DNA from: Aquabacterium sp.
Lineage (GTDB): Bacteria; Pseudomonadota; Gammaproteobacteria; Burkholderiales; Burkholderiaceae_C
DNA length: 64,000 nt
Assembly (NCBI RefSeq): GCF_014378415.1
Contig: NZ_JACMNS010000112.1
Coordinates: 15,630-79,629, forward strand
Direction: 5' to 3'
The translations under genes were made by a program, and so were the position numbers. The notes beneath the pieces are model-generated. The model did not search any database. It was not told the origin of the DNA and worked only from the letters and a program-made list of their open reading frames with translations. This document shows positions 44,692-55,141 of this stretch, piece after piece (position 1 is the first letter of the stretch; the number at the start of each line of letters is the position of its first letter).

Positions 44692-45822
44692 TTATGCACC
44701 AGTTAAAGGTTTTTGGTTGGCCATTTGCAGACGCCCCCAAGCCTGGGCCAGATCGTCGGGCAAAGGTGATTCGAATTGAAGGGCTTTTCCGGTGATGGGG
44801 TGGTCAAAAGCCAGTCGGTAGGCGTGCAGGGCTTGCCGGGTGAGGCCCAATGCGGGGGAGCCTCCGTAGACCGCATCGGCCACCAAGGGGTGCTTGCGGC
44901 TGGCCATGTGGACACGGATCTGGTGGGTGCGCCCGGTGTGCAAGGTGCACTCCACGGCACTGAAAGCCCGGCGAATCGGCCCGTTCGGATGGTCCTCGTC
45001 CAGCACGACGCGCCCCAGGCAGCGCACATCGGTGCGCGCAGACTTGCCAGAAGCCAGCACCGCCATTTTGACGCGCGACGCCGGGTCTCGCCCAATGGAC
45101 GCCTCTACCGCGAAAGCGTCGGCCACGGTGCCATGAACCAGCGCCACGTATTGGCGCTTGACCACGCGATCGGCAATGGCCCTGGACAAGGCCGTGACCG
45201 CCTCCAAGGTCTTGCCCACCACCATCAGGCCGCTGGTGTCCTTGTCCAGTCGGTGAACAATGCCTGCCCTTGGCAGGTTGACCGCGCCAGCATGGTGGGC
45301 CAGCAACCCGTTCATCAGGGTGCCATTCCAGTGGGCGGCCGCAGGGTGAACGACCATGCCAGCCGCCTTGTTGATCACCAGCAAGTGCTCGTCCTCGAAC
45401 ACGATGGGCAGCACCATGGGTTCGGCCACAAAAGCCTGGCTCTGCGCGGTGGGCCGCAACTCGACCCACACCTGCTGGCCACTGCTGACCTTGCGCGAGG
45501 GTGAATCGGCCAATTTGCCATCAACGCGCACGCAGCCCGCGTCGATCAGGCCCTTGAGGTGGCTGCGCGAGAACTCGCCGGCCAGGCTGACCAACCAAGC
45601 GTCCAGACGCTGCCCATGCTGCGCAACCGAGACCACCCCCTCCCGGGTCAGCAAAGGCAAAGGCTGACTGACGGGCGCCGTGGATTGCGCCCCCCAATCT
45701 TCGTCAAAAGCGTCAATGTCCAAAAGCAGCGGAGGTGAAACGGGAGATCGGGGCATAAAGCTTTGCAGACGGGTGAATGAAAGGGGTGGTGCCATGCTTC
45801 TATACTGATGGGTAATGCGCAC
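44692..45822 (-). CDS. rluD: 23S rRNA pseudouridine synthase RluD
   Basis: S4 domain RLDAWL..FSRS, INKAAGMVVHP, GIVHRLDKDTSGL, TGRTHQIRVH, RQALHA; true start may be 45795 or 45756. Confidence 0.95.
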   Translation of the reverse strand: MRITHQYRSMAPPLSFTRLQSFMPRSPVSPPLLLDIDAFDEDWGAQSTAPVSQPLPLLTREGVVSVAQHGQRLDAWLVSLAGEFSRSHLKGLIDAGCVRVDGKLADSPSRKVSSGQQVWVELRPTAQSQAFVAEPMVLPIVFEDEHLLVINKAAGMVVHPAAAHWNGTLMNGLLAHHAGAVNLPRAGIVHRLDKDTSGLMVVGKTLEAVTALSRAIADRVVKRQYVALVHGTVADAFAVEASIGRDPASRVKMAVLASGKSARTDVRCLGRVVLDEDHPNGPIRRAFSAVECTLHTGRTHQIRVHMASRKHPLVADAVYGGSPALGLTRQALHAYRLAFDHPITGKALQFESPLPDDLAQAWGRLQMANQKPLTGA

Positions 45823-45910
45823 CCTCGTGCGAAACTCTACGCGGCTCCAACCTCCGCCTTATACACACGTGAAACTGCTGAAAAACACCTTGCGGGGCCG
45901 GTCATCTGGC

Positions 45911-46708
45911 ATGAAAACCGGCCTGGTCGGTAGCTTGGCCGCCGCCCTGATGGTGCTCAGCCTCAGTGGCTGCGGATCAACGCCCGAAGACGAGTTTGGT
46001 GGCATGGCACCCGACAAATTGTACGCAGACGCGAAAGAAGAGGCGGCTGACGGCAATTACGAGAACGCGATCAAGCGCCTGGAAAAGGTGGAAGCACGCG
46101 CCTCGGGGACGATGCTGGCCCAGCAAGCGCAACTGGACTTGGCCTACGCCTACTACAAAACGGGCGAAAAGGCTCAGGCCCTGGCCAAGCTGGAACGCTT
46201 CATCAGGCTGCACCCCACCAGTCCCGCCGTGGACTACGCCATGTACCTTCAAGGTCTGGTGAACTTCAATGACGACCTGGGCTTGTTTGGCCGCGTGGCG
46301 CGTCAGGATCTGGCCGAGCGTGACCAGCAAGCGGCACGTGATGCCTACGAGTCTTTCAAGCAACTGTCCACGCGCTTCCCGACGTCCAGGTACGCCGCCG
46401 ACGCCAAACTGCGCATGAACTACATCGTCAATTCGCTGGCCTCCGGCGAAGTGCATGTGGCGCGCTACTACTTGCGCCGTGGCGCCTACCTGGCCGCCGC
46501 CAATCGGGCGCAACAGGCGCTGACCGACTACCGCAGCTCACCCGCCATCGAAGAGGCGCTGTTCATCATGGTGCGCGCCTACGATCAGCTGGGCCTGATC
46601 CCGCTGCGGGACGATGCCGAGCGCGTGCTCAAACAAAGCTTCCCAGACAGCCCTTATTTGGTCGGCGGAGTCAAGGCCGCCGACAAGCCTTGGTGGCAAC
46701 TCTGGTGA
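45911..46708 (+). CDS. bamD: Outer membrane assembly lipoprotein BamD
   Basis: Lipobox LSGC, QAQLDLAYAYYK, RFIRLHPTSP.VDYA.Y, E.HVARYYLRRGAYLAAANRAQ; divergent from rluD; start could be 45815. Confidence 0.95.
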   Translation: MKTGLVGSLAAALMVLSLSGCGSTPEDEFGGMAPDKLYADAKEEAADGNYENAIKRLEKVEARASGTMLAQQAQLDLAYAYYKTGEKAQALAKLERFIRLHPTSPAVDYAMYLQGLVNFNDDLGLFGRVARQDLAERDQQAARDAYESFKQLSTRFPTSRYAADAKLRMNYIVNSLASGEVHVARYYLRRGAYLAAANRAQQALTDYRSSPAIEEALFIMVRAYDQLGLIPLRDDAERVLKQSFPDSPYLVGGVKAADKPWWQLW

Positions 46709-46748
46709 TGGCGGGGGCTGCTGAGCGGCTTTGACCACAAGGGGCCGC

Positions 46749-48638
46749 TCAATTGGCGGCGCTGCCGCCTGGGGCGAACCCGGTCAGGCGGCCTTGATCA
46801 TGCACGGCAGGGCCTTCACCGGGCACATCCACCGGCTCTTCCACTGGCGTGGTCTCTGACGAAGACTCGCCCTCGACCGCGGCCAAGTGGAGGTGGTGAA
46901 CAAAGCGGCGCCCGCGATCGTAGGGGAACACATCGTGCACATAGCCGGCCTTGATGCGCTCCTTGTGCTGCTGCCAGAAGTCGGCCTCCAGCAAATCAGC
47001 GTGGTGCTTCATGAAGATGGCACGCACCCGCGGATCGCCCAGCAAGAAGGGGCCAAAGGTTTCCGGGAAGACGTCGTGCGGGCCCACTGAGTACCAGACC
47101 TCGCCGGACATCTCTTCTTCTTCGTTGCGCGGCTCGGGCACCTTGCGGAAGATGCAGTCGGTGATGTACTCGATCTCGTCGTAGTCGTAGAACACGACCT
47201 TGCCGTTGCGCGTGACACCGAAGTTCTTCCAGAGCATGTCGCCGGGAAAGATGTTAGCCGCCACCAAGTCCTTGAGCGCGTTGCCATACTCTATGACCGC
47301 GTGCTCCAGTTGCTCGCCATCGGCCTCCTGGAGGTAGATGTTGAGCGGCACCATGCGCCGCTCGATGTAGAGGTGCTTGAGGATGAGCACATCGCCCTCC
47401 TCTTCCATCACACTGGGCGAGAAATGCTTGAGTTCGGCGATCAACTCGTCGTCGAATCGATCGCGTGGGAAAGCCACGTTGGTGAATTCGAGCGAGTCAG
47501 CCATGCGCCCCACGCGGTCGTGCTGCTTGACCAGCACGTACTTGGACATGATCAGGTCACGCGTGGTCTCTTTCTGCGGCGGGAAGAAGTCCTTGATGAC
47601 CTTGAAGACGAAGGGGTACGAAGGCAGGTCGAACACCAGCATGACCATGCCCTTGATGCCCGGCGCGATGCGGAACTTGTCGCTTGAATGGCGCAGGTGG
47701 AAAAGGAAGTCGCGGTAGAACAGGTTCTTGCCGTGCTTCTGCAAGCCCAGCGCGCTGTAGATCTCGGCGCGAGGCTTGCGCGGCATCAAGGTGCGCAGGA
47801 ACTGCACGTAGGCCGAAGGCACTTCCATGTCGACCATGAAGTAAGCGCGCGCAAAGCTGAATAAGGCCAGCAGATCGTCTTCGCCAAACAGGGCCGCATC
47901 GATGTACAGGCGCTTCTTGGAGTTGTGCAGGATGGGGATGGCGAACGGCAGGCTGCGAAAGCCATTGATCACCTTGCCCACGATGTAGGCGCCCTTGTTG
48001 CGGAAGAACAGCGACGACAAGACCTGAATCTGGAAATTGGTGCGCAGGCGCACATTGCCCACCTGCTCTTTCAGGGCTTCGAACACGAAGCCGACGTCGC
48101 GGTTCAGATCTTCAAAGGGTTCGCCCAGCTCGTAGCTCTGGATCACCGTCTTGAGCATGGAGCGCAGGTTTTCACGCGTGGGGTAGTAGGCGCGGAAGGT
48201 GGGCTTGGCCTTGGGGTCTTCATCCTCGATGTATTCGGTGGACACGGCTGGCCGCACGAAGATGAAATCGTTGCGGAAATAGCGCCGGTGCAGCATCCGG
48301 ATCGTGACCGAATTGAAAAAAGTCTCGGCCAGTTCGGGCTGGCGGTGGTTGGTCAGCAGGCCGATGTAGAACAGCTTGATCTGGTGCCAGACCTCCATGG
48401 GCAGTTCGCTGGCCAGGTAGTCGTTTTCCAGCCGGGCCACCGCCTCGTTCACGCGCAGATCGTAGAACTCGATGCGAACGCGTTGTGCCAACTGCTGGCC
48501 ATGCCAATCAGCCTGCTCGAAACGCACCTTGGCGTCAGCACTGGTTTCGCGAAAGATCTTGTAGTGGCGGTCAAACCCATCGAGCATGGCCTTGGCAATT
48601 TCAAAGGCGCGTGAATCGGTCAGTTGCGTTGGGAGCAT
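46749..48638 (-). CDS. aceK: Isocitrate dehydrogenase kinase/phosphatase
   Basis: [71 protein letters not shown]. Confidence 0.96.
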   Translation of the reverse strand: MLPTQLTDSRAFEIAKAMLDGFDRHYKIFRETSADAKVRFEQADWHGQQLAQRVRIEFYDLRVNEAVARLENDYLASELPMEVWHQIKLFYIGLLTNHRQPELAETFFNSVTIRMLHRRYFRNDFIFVRPAVSTEYIEDEDPKAKPTFRAYYPTRENLRSMLKTVIQSYELGEPFEDLNRDVGFVFEALKEQVGNVRLRTNFQIQVLSSLFFRNKGAYIVGKVINGFRSLPFAIPILHNSKKRLYIDAALFGEDDLLALFSFARAYFMVDMEVPSAYVQFLRTLMPRKPRAEIYSALGLQKHGKNLFYRDFLFHLRHSSDKFRIAPGIKGMVMLVFDLPSYPFVFKVIKDFFPPQKETTRDLIMSKYVLVKQHDRVGRMADSLEFTNVAFPRDRFDDELIAELKHFSPSVMEEEGDVLILKHLYIERRMVPLNIYLQEADGEQLEHAVIEYGNALKDLVAANIFPGDMLWKNFGVTRNGKVVFYDYDEIEYITDCIFRKVPEPRNEEEEMSGEVWYSVGPHDVFPETFGPFLLGDPRVRAIFMKHHADLLEADFWQQHKERIKAGYVHDVFPYDRGRRFVHHLHLAAVEGESSSETTPVEEPVDVPGEGPAVHDQGRLTGFAPGGSAAN

Positions 48639-48652
48639 GGATCGGCCTGAAA

Positions 48653-49333
48653 TTAAACCGCTGAGCCAGCGGCAGGTTGTGGGGTGTGACGTTTTTTCAG
48701 CTCGGACAGGGCTTCGGCATAGGCCGCACCGAGGGCTTCGGGGTGTTCCACGGTCATGCGCATGTCCTTGATGTGACCATCATGCAAGCCGTAGACCCAC
48801 CCGTGCACAACGACCGCTTGGCCACGCGCCCAGGCGTCTTGCACCACGGTGGTCTGGCACACGTTCAAGCTTTGTTCCAGCACGTTGAGCTCGCACAGAG
48901 CATCAAGCCTGGCCGGGCCGTCCGGGAGTTGGTAGAGCCAGTCGCGGTGCAGGTTGCGCACGTCCTGCACATGGCGCAGCCAGTTGTCGGCAATGCCGAT
49001 GCGCAGGTTGTTCATGGCCGCCTTGACGCCGCTGCAACCGTAATGCCCCACCACGATGATGTGCTTGACCTTGAGCGAATCGATCGCGAATTGCATCACC
49101 GACAGGCAGTTCAGGTCGGAGTGCACCACGACGTTCGCCACATTTCGGTGCACGAACAATTCACCGGGCAGCAAGCCCACGATTTCATTGGCCGGAACGC
49201 GGCTGTCGCTGCAGCCGATCCACAGGTACTGGGGCGACTGCTGCTGCTGCAAGCGAGTGAAGAAGCCGGGCGTGCGGTTTTCAATGTCCCGAGCCCAGGC
49301 TCGGTTTTTGTCGAACAGGGATTCAAGTGTCAT
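48653..49333 (-). CDS. can: Beta-class carbonic anhydrase
   Basis: [42 protein letters not shown]. Confidence 0.95.
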   Translation of the reverse strand: MTLESLFDKNRAWARDIENRTPGFFTRLQQQQSPQYLWIGCSDSRVPANEIVGLLPGELFVHRNVANVVVHSDLNCLSVMQFAIDSLKVKHIIVVGHYGCSGVKAAMNNLRIGIADNWLRHVQDVRNLHRDWLYQLPDGPARLDALCELNVLEQSLNVCQTTVVQDAWARGQAVVVHGWVYGLHDGHIKDMRMTVEHPEALGAAYAEALSELKKRHTPQPAAGSAV

Positions 49334-49374
49334 GGATGAGAGTGTAGTCAGGCTTGATGGGTCACAATTGCCGG

Positions 49375-50442
49375 ATGCAAGAGACTTCATTGGCGACGAT
49401 CGACTACCCCCTGGGCGACACCCTGCCTGCCACCGGTCAGGCCTTGACCGTGGCGCCTGGGGTGCGCTGGGTTCGCATGGCCTTGCCGTTCGCACTGGAC
49501 CACATCAATCTGTGGATCCTGCGCGATGAGCTGGATGGCCAACAGGGCTGGACGATCATTGACTGCGGCATCGCCAACCAGGACACCCAGGACGCCTGGG
49601 AACAGGTGTTTGCCACGCAGCTGGAAGGCTTGCCCGTGCTCAGGGTCATCGTGACCCACATGCACCCCGACCATGTCGGCAACGCCCATTGGTTGACCGA
49701 GCGCTGGAGCACACCCGAGGTGCCCTGCCGCCTTTGGATGAGCGCCACTGATTTTCACGCCGCCCAACTGGCCTGCCAACACACCGCCCATGGCGGCGAG
49801 CGCGCCGCTTCGTTTTTTGCCAGCCATGGGCTGACCGACCCGGAGTCGGTGGCCAAGATCAGGGCGCGCACGAACTATTTCGGCTCGATGGTGCCGCAGA
49901 TGCCCGAGGCCTTTCGCCGCCTGCTCGATGGCCTGGCAGTGCGGATCGGCCCTGACACGTGGACCTGTCACGTGGGGCACGGGCATGCCCCGGAGCACAT
50001 CGCCCTGCATTGCCCGGCACTGGGCGTGCTGATCTCTGGCGACATGGTGCTGCCCCGGATTTCAACCAATGTCAGCGTCTATGACACCGAACCTGAGGCT
50101 GATTCACTGACCTTGTTTTTACAGTCACTGGACCGCATGCGGACACTGCCGGCCAACACCTTGGTGCTGCCATCGCATGGCAAACCATTCACCGGCCTGC
50201 ATGCGCGCATCGATCAATTGCACGAACATCACCGGGACCGCCTGGACGAAGTCATGGCCGCCTGCCAGCAACAGGCCACCACCGCCGCCGACCTGCTGCC
50301 AGTGTTGTTCAAGCGCAAGCTCGATCTGCACCAGACCACCTTTGCCATGGGCGAGGCCGTGGCTCACCTTCATGCCTTGTGGCACCAGGGCAAGCTCACG
50401 CGGACCCTGGGCGCCGATGGCATCCACCGGTTCAGCTGTTGA
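49375..50442 (+). CDS. MBL-fold metallo-hydrolase
   Basis: LPFALDHINLW, THMHPDHVG (HxHxDH), GHAPEH, GDMVLPRISTN, LPSHG, TFAMGEAVAHL. Confidence 0.9.
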   Translation: MQETSLATIDYPLGDTLPATGQALTVAPGVRWVRMALPFALDHINLWILRDELDGQQGWTIIDCGIANQDTQDAWEQVFATQLEGLPVLRVIVTHMHPDHVGNAHWLTERWSTPEVPCRLWMSATDFHAAQLACQHTAHGGERAASFFASHGLTDPESVAKIRARTNYFGSMVPQMPEAFRRLLDGLAVRIGPDTWTCHVGHGHAPEHIALHCPALGVLISGDMVLPRISTNVSVYDTEPEADSLTLFLQSLDRMRTLPANTLVLPSHGKPFTGLHARIDQLHEHHRDRLDEVMAACQQQATTAADLLPVLFKRKLDLHQTTFAMGEAVAHLHALWHQGKLTRTLGADGIHRFSC

Positions 50443-50466
50443 CCAGACCGTTCAAGACACCATTTT

Positions 50467-51354
50467 TCAGGCCCAGTCGGGGATGACGGCGTGCCGCAGT
50501 TGCTCGCGGGCTTTTTCGTAGTCGGGCATGACAGCCATGACCACCTCCCAAAAGCGAGGGCTGTGGTTCATCTCGCGCAAGTGGGCCAACTCATGCACCA
50601 CAACGTAGTCGATGACATGGTCGGCAAAATGCATCAGGCGCCAATGCAGGCGGATGGACCCATCCACACTGGCGCTGCCCCAACGCGTGCGCGCCGACGA
50701 CAAGCTGATTCGGCTGACACTCACACCCATCAGCGGGGCAAAGTGTTTCACCCGCGCATCGAAGCGCAATTTGGCCTGCTTTTTCAGCCAGGCCTGGAAG
50801 GCCTCGCCGATCAGGTCAGATGCCGCGTCATGGCTCAGGCCCAGCCTCAAGGCTCGGCTCACCTCACTTAGGCTGGCACCCTTGAGGCCTGGGTCCAGCA
50901 CCAGGGTCAGCGGTTCGCCAAGGTAAGGCAAAACCGCGCCATGCTGCCACTCGATGCGCGACGCTTTTTGCTTCAAGGCACGCTCGCGCTGCTCGACCAG
51001 CTTGTTGCAGATCCAGCGCGATTTGGCGTGCAGGGCAGTTTCGATGTCGCCCGAGGATACCCACCGGGGAGCGCGCACACTCAGGCCTTCGGAGCTGACC
51101 ACCATGCCAATGCTGCGGCGGCGCACTCGCTGAAATTCATAGGCCACGATGACATCGCCCAGTCGCACTTCATGCTCGGCTTGGGGATGGCGGAATACGG
51201 GGATGTCGGGCTGCGTTTGCGCGGGCAAGGCAGGCGACTGGGCCAGGGCCGCGGAATGCGGCTCCTTGCCAGTGGCGCCATCCACCCAGGGCAGACCCAT
51301 CTGTTCACCCGATGACACTGGTGTCACTGTCTCAGGCGTTCGGTCACTCATCAC
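50467..51354 (-). CDS. M48/YgjP (DUF45) family zinc metallo-hydrolase
   Basis: RRRSIG, TRWGSAS, DYVVVHELAHLREMNHSPRFW. Confidence 0.9.
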   Translation of the reverse strand: MMSDRTPETVTPVSSGEQMGLPWVDGATGKEPHSAALAQSPALPAQTQPDIPVFRHPQAEHEVRLGDVIVAYEFQRVRRRSIGMVVSSEGLSVRAPRWVSSGDIETALHAKSRWICNKLVEQRERALKQKASRIEWQHGAVLPYLGEPLTLVLDPGLKGASLSEVSRALRLGLSHDAASDLIGEAFQAWLKKQAKLRFDARVKHFAPLMGVSVSRISLSSARTRWGSASVDGSIRLHWRLMHFADHVIDYVVVHELAHLREMNHSPRFWEVVMAVMPDYEKAREQLRHAVIPDWA

Positions 51355-51367
51355 TCAAACTTGTCTT

Positions 51368-51976
51368 TCATGTCAGCTCACCCATGTGCGTTGCCACGGG
51401 GCTGTCTTCGCCATGTGCACGCCGATCTCGCAAGATCAGGAAGTCGGCAAAGGACGACAGATCGGGATGGATCGTCAGATCGGAAACTCGCTGGCGCAAG
51501 TCGATCAATTCGGTTTCGGTCATGGTCGCGGCCTGCCCGGTTCGAACCAGGTGCGGCTCGCAACCCACGGACTGCGCCGCCAAGACGTCGCGCGGCAGGT
51601 CGCCCACCATTGGCACACCCGCCAGGGACACGCCAAAACGCTGCCCGATCAAGTTGAACAGGCCAGGCAAAGGCTTGCGGCAAGTGCATTGATCCTCGGG
51701 GGTGTGCGGGCAGAAGAAAACGGCTTCGACCCGACCACCATGCCGGGCCAGCTGCTGGTTCATCCGTGCATGCATGGCATTGAGGGCGGCCATGTCAAAC
51801 AAGCCACGCCCGATGCCGGATTGATTGGTGGCCACCACCACGTGCCAGCCAGCGTGGTTGAGCCGGGCAATCGCTTCCAGGGCGCCGGGCAGAGGCACCC
51901 ATTCGTCCGCCGACTTGATGTAGTCGTCCCGCTCATGATTGATGGTTCCGTCGCGATCGAGGATGACGAGTTTCAT
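51368..51976 (-). CDS. gmhB: D,D-heptose 1,7-bisphosphate phosphatase
   Basis: HAD motif ILDRDGTIN, TNQSGIGRG, CPH....CTCRKPLPG, VGD..RD. Confidence 0.93.
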   Translation of the reverse strand: MKLVILDRDGTINHERDDYIKSADEWVPLPGALEAIARLNHAGWHVVVATNQSGIGRGLFDMAALNAMHARMNQQLARHGGRVEAVFFCPHTPEDQCTCRKPLPGLFNLIGQRFGVSLAGVPMVGDLPRDVLAAQSVGCEPHLVRTGQAATMTETELIDLRQRVSDLTIHPDLSSFADFLILRDRRAHGEDSPVATHMGELT

Positions 51977-51993
51977 GCCCACTCCGAAAGGGG

Positions 51994-54126
51994 TCATGCG
52001 GCCAACCTGGACAGGTCGGCCACGCGGTTCATGGCCTGGTGCAAGGATGCCAGTAGACCAAGGCGATTGGTGCGCAATGCAGCATCTTCTGCGTTGACCA
52101 TGACGCCGTCAAAGAAAGCATCGACCGGCGCCTTCAGGACCGCCAAGGCTTGCAGGGAGGCCGTGTAGTCGCCTTGCTCGAAGGCCGTGACCGCTTTGGC
52201 AGCCGCCGTGCAGAGGGATTCGTACAAAGCCACTTCGGCAGGCTCTTTCAGCAAGGCGGCATCGACCTTGGCCTCAACCGTGCCTTCGACCTTTTTCAGG
52301 ATGTTGCCCACGCGCTTGTTGGCGGCAGCCAATGAGGCGGCCTCAGGCAAGGCGGCAAAGGCGCGCACGGCAGCCAGACGCTGGCCAATGTCGGCCAGGC
52401 GCTGCGGACGCAAGGCCAGCACCGCATCCACTTCCTGGGCGCTGTAGCCCTGCTCGCGCAGGCTGCCCGCGAGACGGTCGTAGATGAAATCGGTCAAAGC
52501 CGAAGTGGCATCGGTGATCTTGTCGCCGAAGGACGCGGCAGCCTGGCGCAAGGTGGGCTCCAACGCCAGCGGCAGATCGCGCTCGATCAACATGCGGATC
52601 ACGCCCAGGGCATGGCGACGCAATGCAAACGGGTCCTTGTCGCCGGTGGGCAACTGGCCGATGCCGAACAGACCCACCAGAGTCTCCAGCTTGTCGGCCA
52701 GGGCCACCACCACGCCGACCAGATCGCGGGGCAACTCATCGCCCGCGAAACGCGGTTTGTAGTGGTCTTCAATGGCTTGCGCCACCTGGTCGCCCAGGCC
52801 ATCGTGGCGAGCGTAGTAGCCACCCATGATGCCTTGCAGCTCTGGGAACTCACCCACCATGTCGGTCAACAGATCGACTTTGGCCAGGCGCGCCGCTGTA
52901 TCGACCTTGGCTGCCAGCGATGCCTGGCCCAATGTTTCCACCAGGCCTTTGGCGATGGCGCGCACACGCTCGACGCGCTCGCCTTGCGTGCCCAACTTGC
53001 CGTGGTAAACCACCTTGGACAGGCCCACAACGCGGGACTCCAGGGTCTTCTTGCGGTCCTGGTCAAAGAAGAACTTGGCATCGGCCAGACGTGGGCGCAC
53101 CACGCGCTCATTGCCGCCCACCACCGCACTGGCGTCGTCAGGGCTGATGTTGCTGACGATCAGGAACTGATTGGTCAACTTGCCTGAGGCATCGAGCAAT
53201 GGAAAGTACTTCTGGTTGGCCTTCATCGTGAGGATCAGGCACTCTTGCGGCACTTCCAGGAAGGCTTCTTCGAAGCGTCCGGTCAACACATTGGGGCGCT
53301 CGACCAGGGCCGTCACCTCGTCCAGCAGCGCGTCGTCGTCGATGGGATGCAAGTTGGTACCGGCCTTGCTGGCAGCCGCCTTGAGCTGACGCGAGATCTC
53401 ATCGCGGCGCGCTTCGAAGCTGGCAATGACGGTGCCTTCTTGCGCCAATTGGGCCGCATAGGTGTCGGCGTTTTGCAGCACCACCGGATTGACCTTGGCC
53501 TCGAAACGATGGCCTTGCGTGTTCCGGCCAGACACCAGACCCAGCGCACTCACGGGCACGATTTGATCGCCATGCAAGGCCACCAGGCCATGCGCCGGAC
53601 GCACGAAGTTGACGCTGGTCCAGCCAGGCTGGAAATCAGCGCCCGGGCCTTGCTCCAACTGGTAGTTCATCACCTTGGGAATGGGTAGCTTGGACAAGGT
53701 TTCGTCCAGCGCTTTTTGCAAACCTTCGCTCAGGTTGGCGCCGGCCTTGATGCTGTCGAAGAACAGCGCCTCAGCCTTGCCATCAGGCAAACGCTTCAAG
53801 CTGCTCACCACCTCGGGGCCAGCGCCCAGGGCGGCCAGCTTCTTCAGCAATGCCGGCGTGGCCTGACCTTCGGCATTCAAACCCACACTCGCGGGCATCA
53901 GCTTTTGCTGCACGGCTAGGTCGGCTGCCTTGGCCAAGACCGCCGTCACATGCACGGCCAGACGACGCGGAGACGCAAACGCCGTCGCCACCGAATCAGC
54001 ACCCGCCAGCCCTTGGGCCTTCAAGCTGTCGGCCAACACGTGGGCAAAGGACTCGCCCAGCTTCTTGAGCACCTTCGGCGGCAACTCTTCAACGAACAAC
54101 TCAACGAGCAAATTGGAAGCGCTCAT
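51994..54126 (-). CDS. glyS: Glycine--tRNA ligase beta subunit
   Basis: LLVELFVEELPPK, SPRRLAV, LPIPKVM, NERVVRPRLADAKFFF, GEFPELQG.MG.YYA, KDPFALRR. Confidence 0.97.
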   Translation of the reverse strand: MSASNLLVELFVEELPPKVLKKLGESFAHVLADSLKAQGLAGADSVATAFASPRRLAVHVTAVLAKAADLAVQQKLMPASVGLNAEGQATPALLKKLAALGAGPEVVSSLKRLPDGKAEALFFDSIKAGANLSEGLQKALDETLSKLPIPKVMNYQLEQGPGADFQPGWTSVNFVRPAHGLVALHGDQIVPVSALGLVSGRNTQGHRFEAKVNPVVLQNADTYAAQLAQEGTVIASFEARRDEISRQLKAAASKAGTNLHPIDDDALLDEVTALVERPNVLTGRFEEAFLEVPQECLILTMKANQKYFPLLDASGKLTNQFLIVSNISPDDASAVVGGNERVVRPRLADAKFFFDQDRKKTLESRVVGLSKVVYHGKLGTQGERVERVRAIAKGLVETLGQASLAAKVDTAARLAKVDLLTDMVGEFPELQGIMGGYYARHDGLGDQVAQAIEDHYKPRFAGDELPRDLVGVVVALADKLETLVGLFGIGQLPTGDKDPFALRRHALGVIRMLIERDLPLALEPTLRQAAASFGDKITDATSALTDFIYDRLAGSLREQGYSAQEVDAVLALRPQRLADIGQRLAAVRAFAALPEAASLAAANKRVGNILKKVEGTVEAKVDAALLKEPAEVALYESLCTAAAKAVTAFEQGDYTASLQALAVLKAPVDAFFDGVMVNAEDAALRTNRLGLLASLHQAMNRVADLSRLAA

Positions 54127-54128
54127 GC

Positions 54129-55085
54129 TCAGGCGACTTTCTTTTCTAGTTGTGCAAGAACTTCTTGCGCCCAGGCCCTGGGGGCCATGGGAAAGCCCAG
54201 TCGGGCACGGCTGTCCAGGTAAGCCTGGGCCACGATGCGGGCCAGGTTGCGGATGCGTCCGATGTAGGCGGCACGCTCGGTCACCGAGATGGCGCCACGC
54301 GCGTCCAGCAGGTTGAAGCTGTGCGCGGCCTTGAGCACCTGCTCATAAGCAGGCAAGGCCAGGTGCTGCTCAATCAGGTACTTAGCTTGCGTTTCGTAGT
54401 TGGTGAAGGCGCCCAGCAAGAACTCGACATTGCTGTGCTCGAAGTTGTAGGTCGATTGTTCGACCTCGTTCTGGTGGAACACGTCGCCGTACTTCAGTGT
54501 GCGCTGAATCTTCTGGCCATCGGCGTCCACTTCCTCCCAACTGGTCCACACCAGGTCATAGACGTTCTCAACGCCCTGCAGGTACATGGCCAAGCGTTCA
54601 AGACCATAAGTGATCTCGCCGGTCAACGGCTTGCAATCGATGCCGCCCACTTGCTGGAAATAAGTGAACTGAGTCACCTCCATGCCATTGAGCCAGACCT
54701 CCCAACCCAAGCCCCAGGCGCCCAGCGTCGGGTTCTCCCAATCGTCTTCAACAAAGCGGACGTCGTTTTTCTTCAGATCGAAGCCCACGGCCTCCAGCGA
54801 GGCGAGGTACAGCTCCAGGATGTTGGAGGGCGCTGGCTTGAGGACGACCTGAAACTGGTAGTAATGCTGAAGGCGGTTGGGGTTCTCGCCAAAGCGGCCA
54901 TCCTTGGGACGGCGGCTGGGCTGCACATAAGCCGCGCGCCAAGGCTCCGGGCCCAATGCGCGCAGAAAGGTGGCGGTGTGGCTGGTGCCTGCACCCACTT
55001 CCATGTCATAGGGTTGCAGCAAGGCGCAGCCCTGAGCATCCCAGTAGCTTTGAAGGCGCAAGATCAATTGCTGGAAGGTCAGCAT
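54129..55085 (-). CDS. glyQ: Glycine--tRNA ligase alpha subunit
   Basis: [56 protein letters not shown]. Confidence 0.98.
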   Translation of the reverse strand: MLTFQQLILRLQSYWDAQGCALLQPYDMEVGAGTSHTATFLRALGPEPWRAAYVQPSRRPKDGRFGENPNRLQHYYQFQVVLKPAPSNILELYLASLEAVGFDLKKNDVRFVEDDWENPTLGAWGLGWEVWLNGMEVTQFTYFQQVGGIDCKPLTGEITYGLERLAMYLQGVENVYDLVWTSWEEVDADGQKIQRTLKYGDVFHQNEVEQSTYNFEHSNVEFLLGAFTNYETQAKYLIEQHLALPAYEQVLKAAHSFNLLDARGAISVTERAAYIGRIRNLARIVAQAYLDSRARLGFPMAPRAWAQEVLAQLEKKVA

Positions 55086-55135
55086 GGCATTTTCGGGTCG
55101 GTGGGGTGGGCATCAACAAGTGACGCGAATGCCCG

Positions 55136-55141
55136 ATTCTA
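55136..55141 (-). promoter_or_regulatory. Putative -10 (TAGAAT) for glyQS, overlapping the lnt stop
   Basis: TAGAAT on the minus strand about 50 nt above glyQ. Confidence 0.5.

Noticed and set aside
44537-44779. 80-aa plus-strand ORF in the scpB-rluD gap
   Set aside because: No SD, no recognisable family, overlaps the rluD 3' end in antisense; RNA structure explains the region better, though it is not fully excluded
55086-55138. T-box or glycine riboswitch before glyQS
   Set aside because: The leader is only about 45 nt and lacks the conserved motifs
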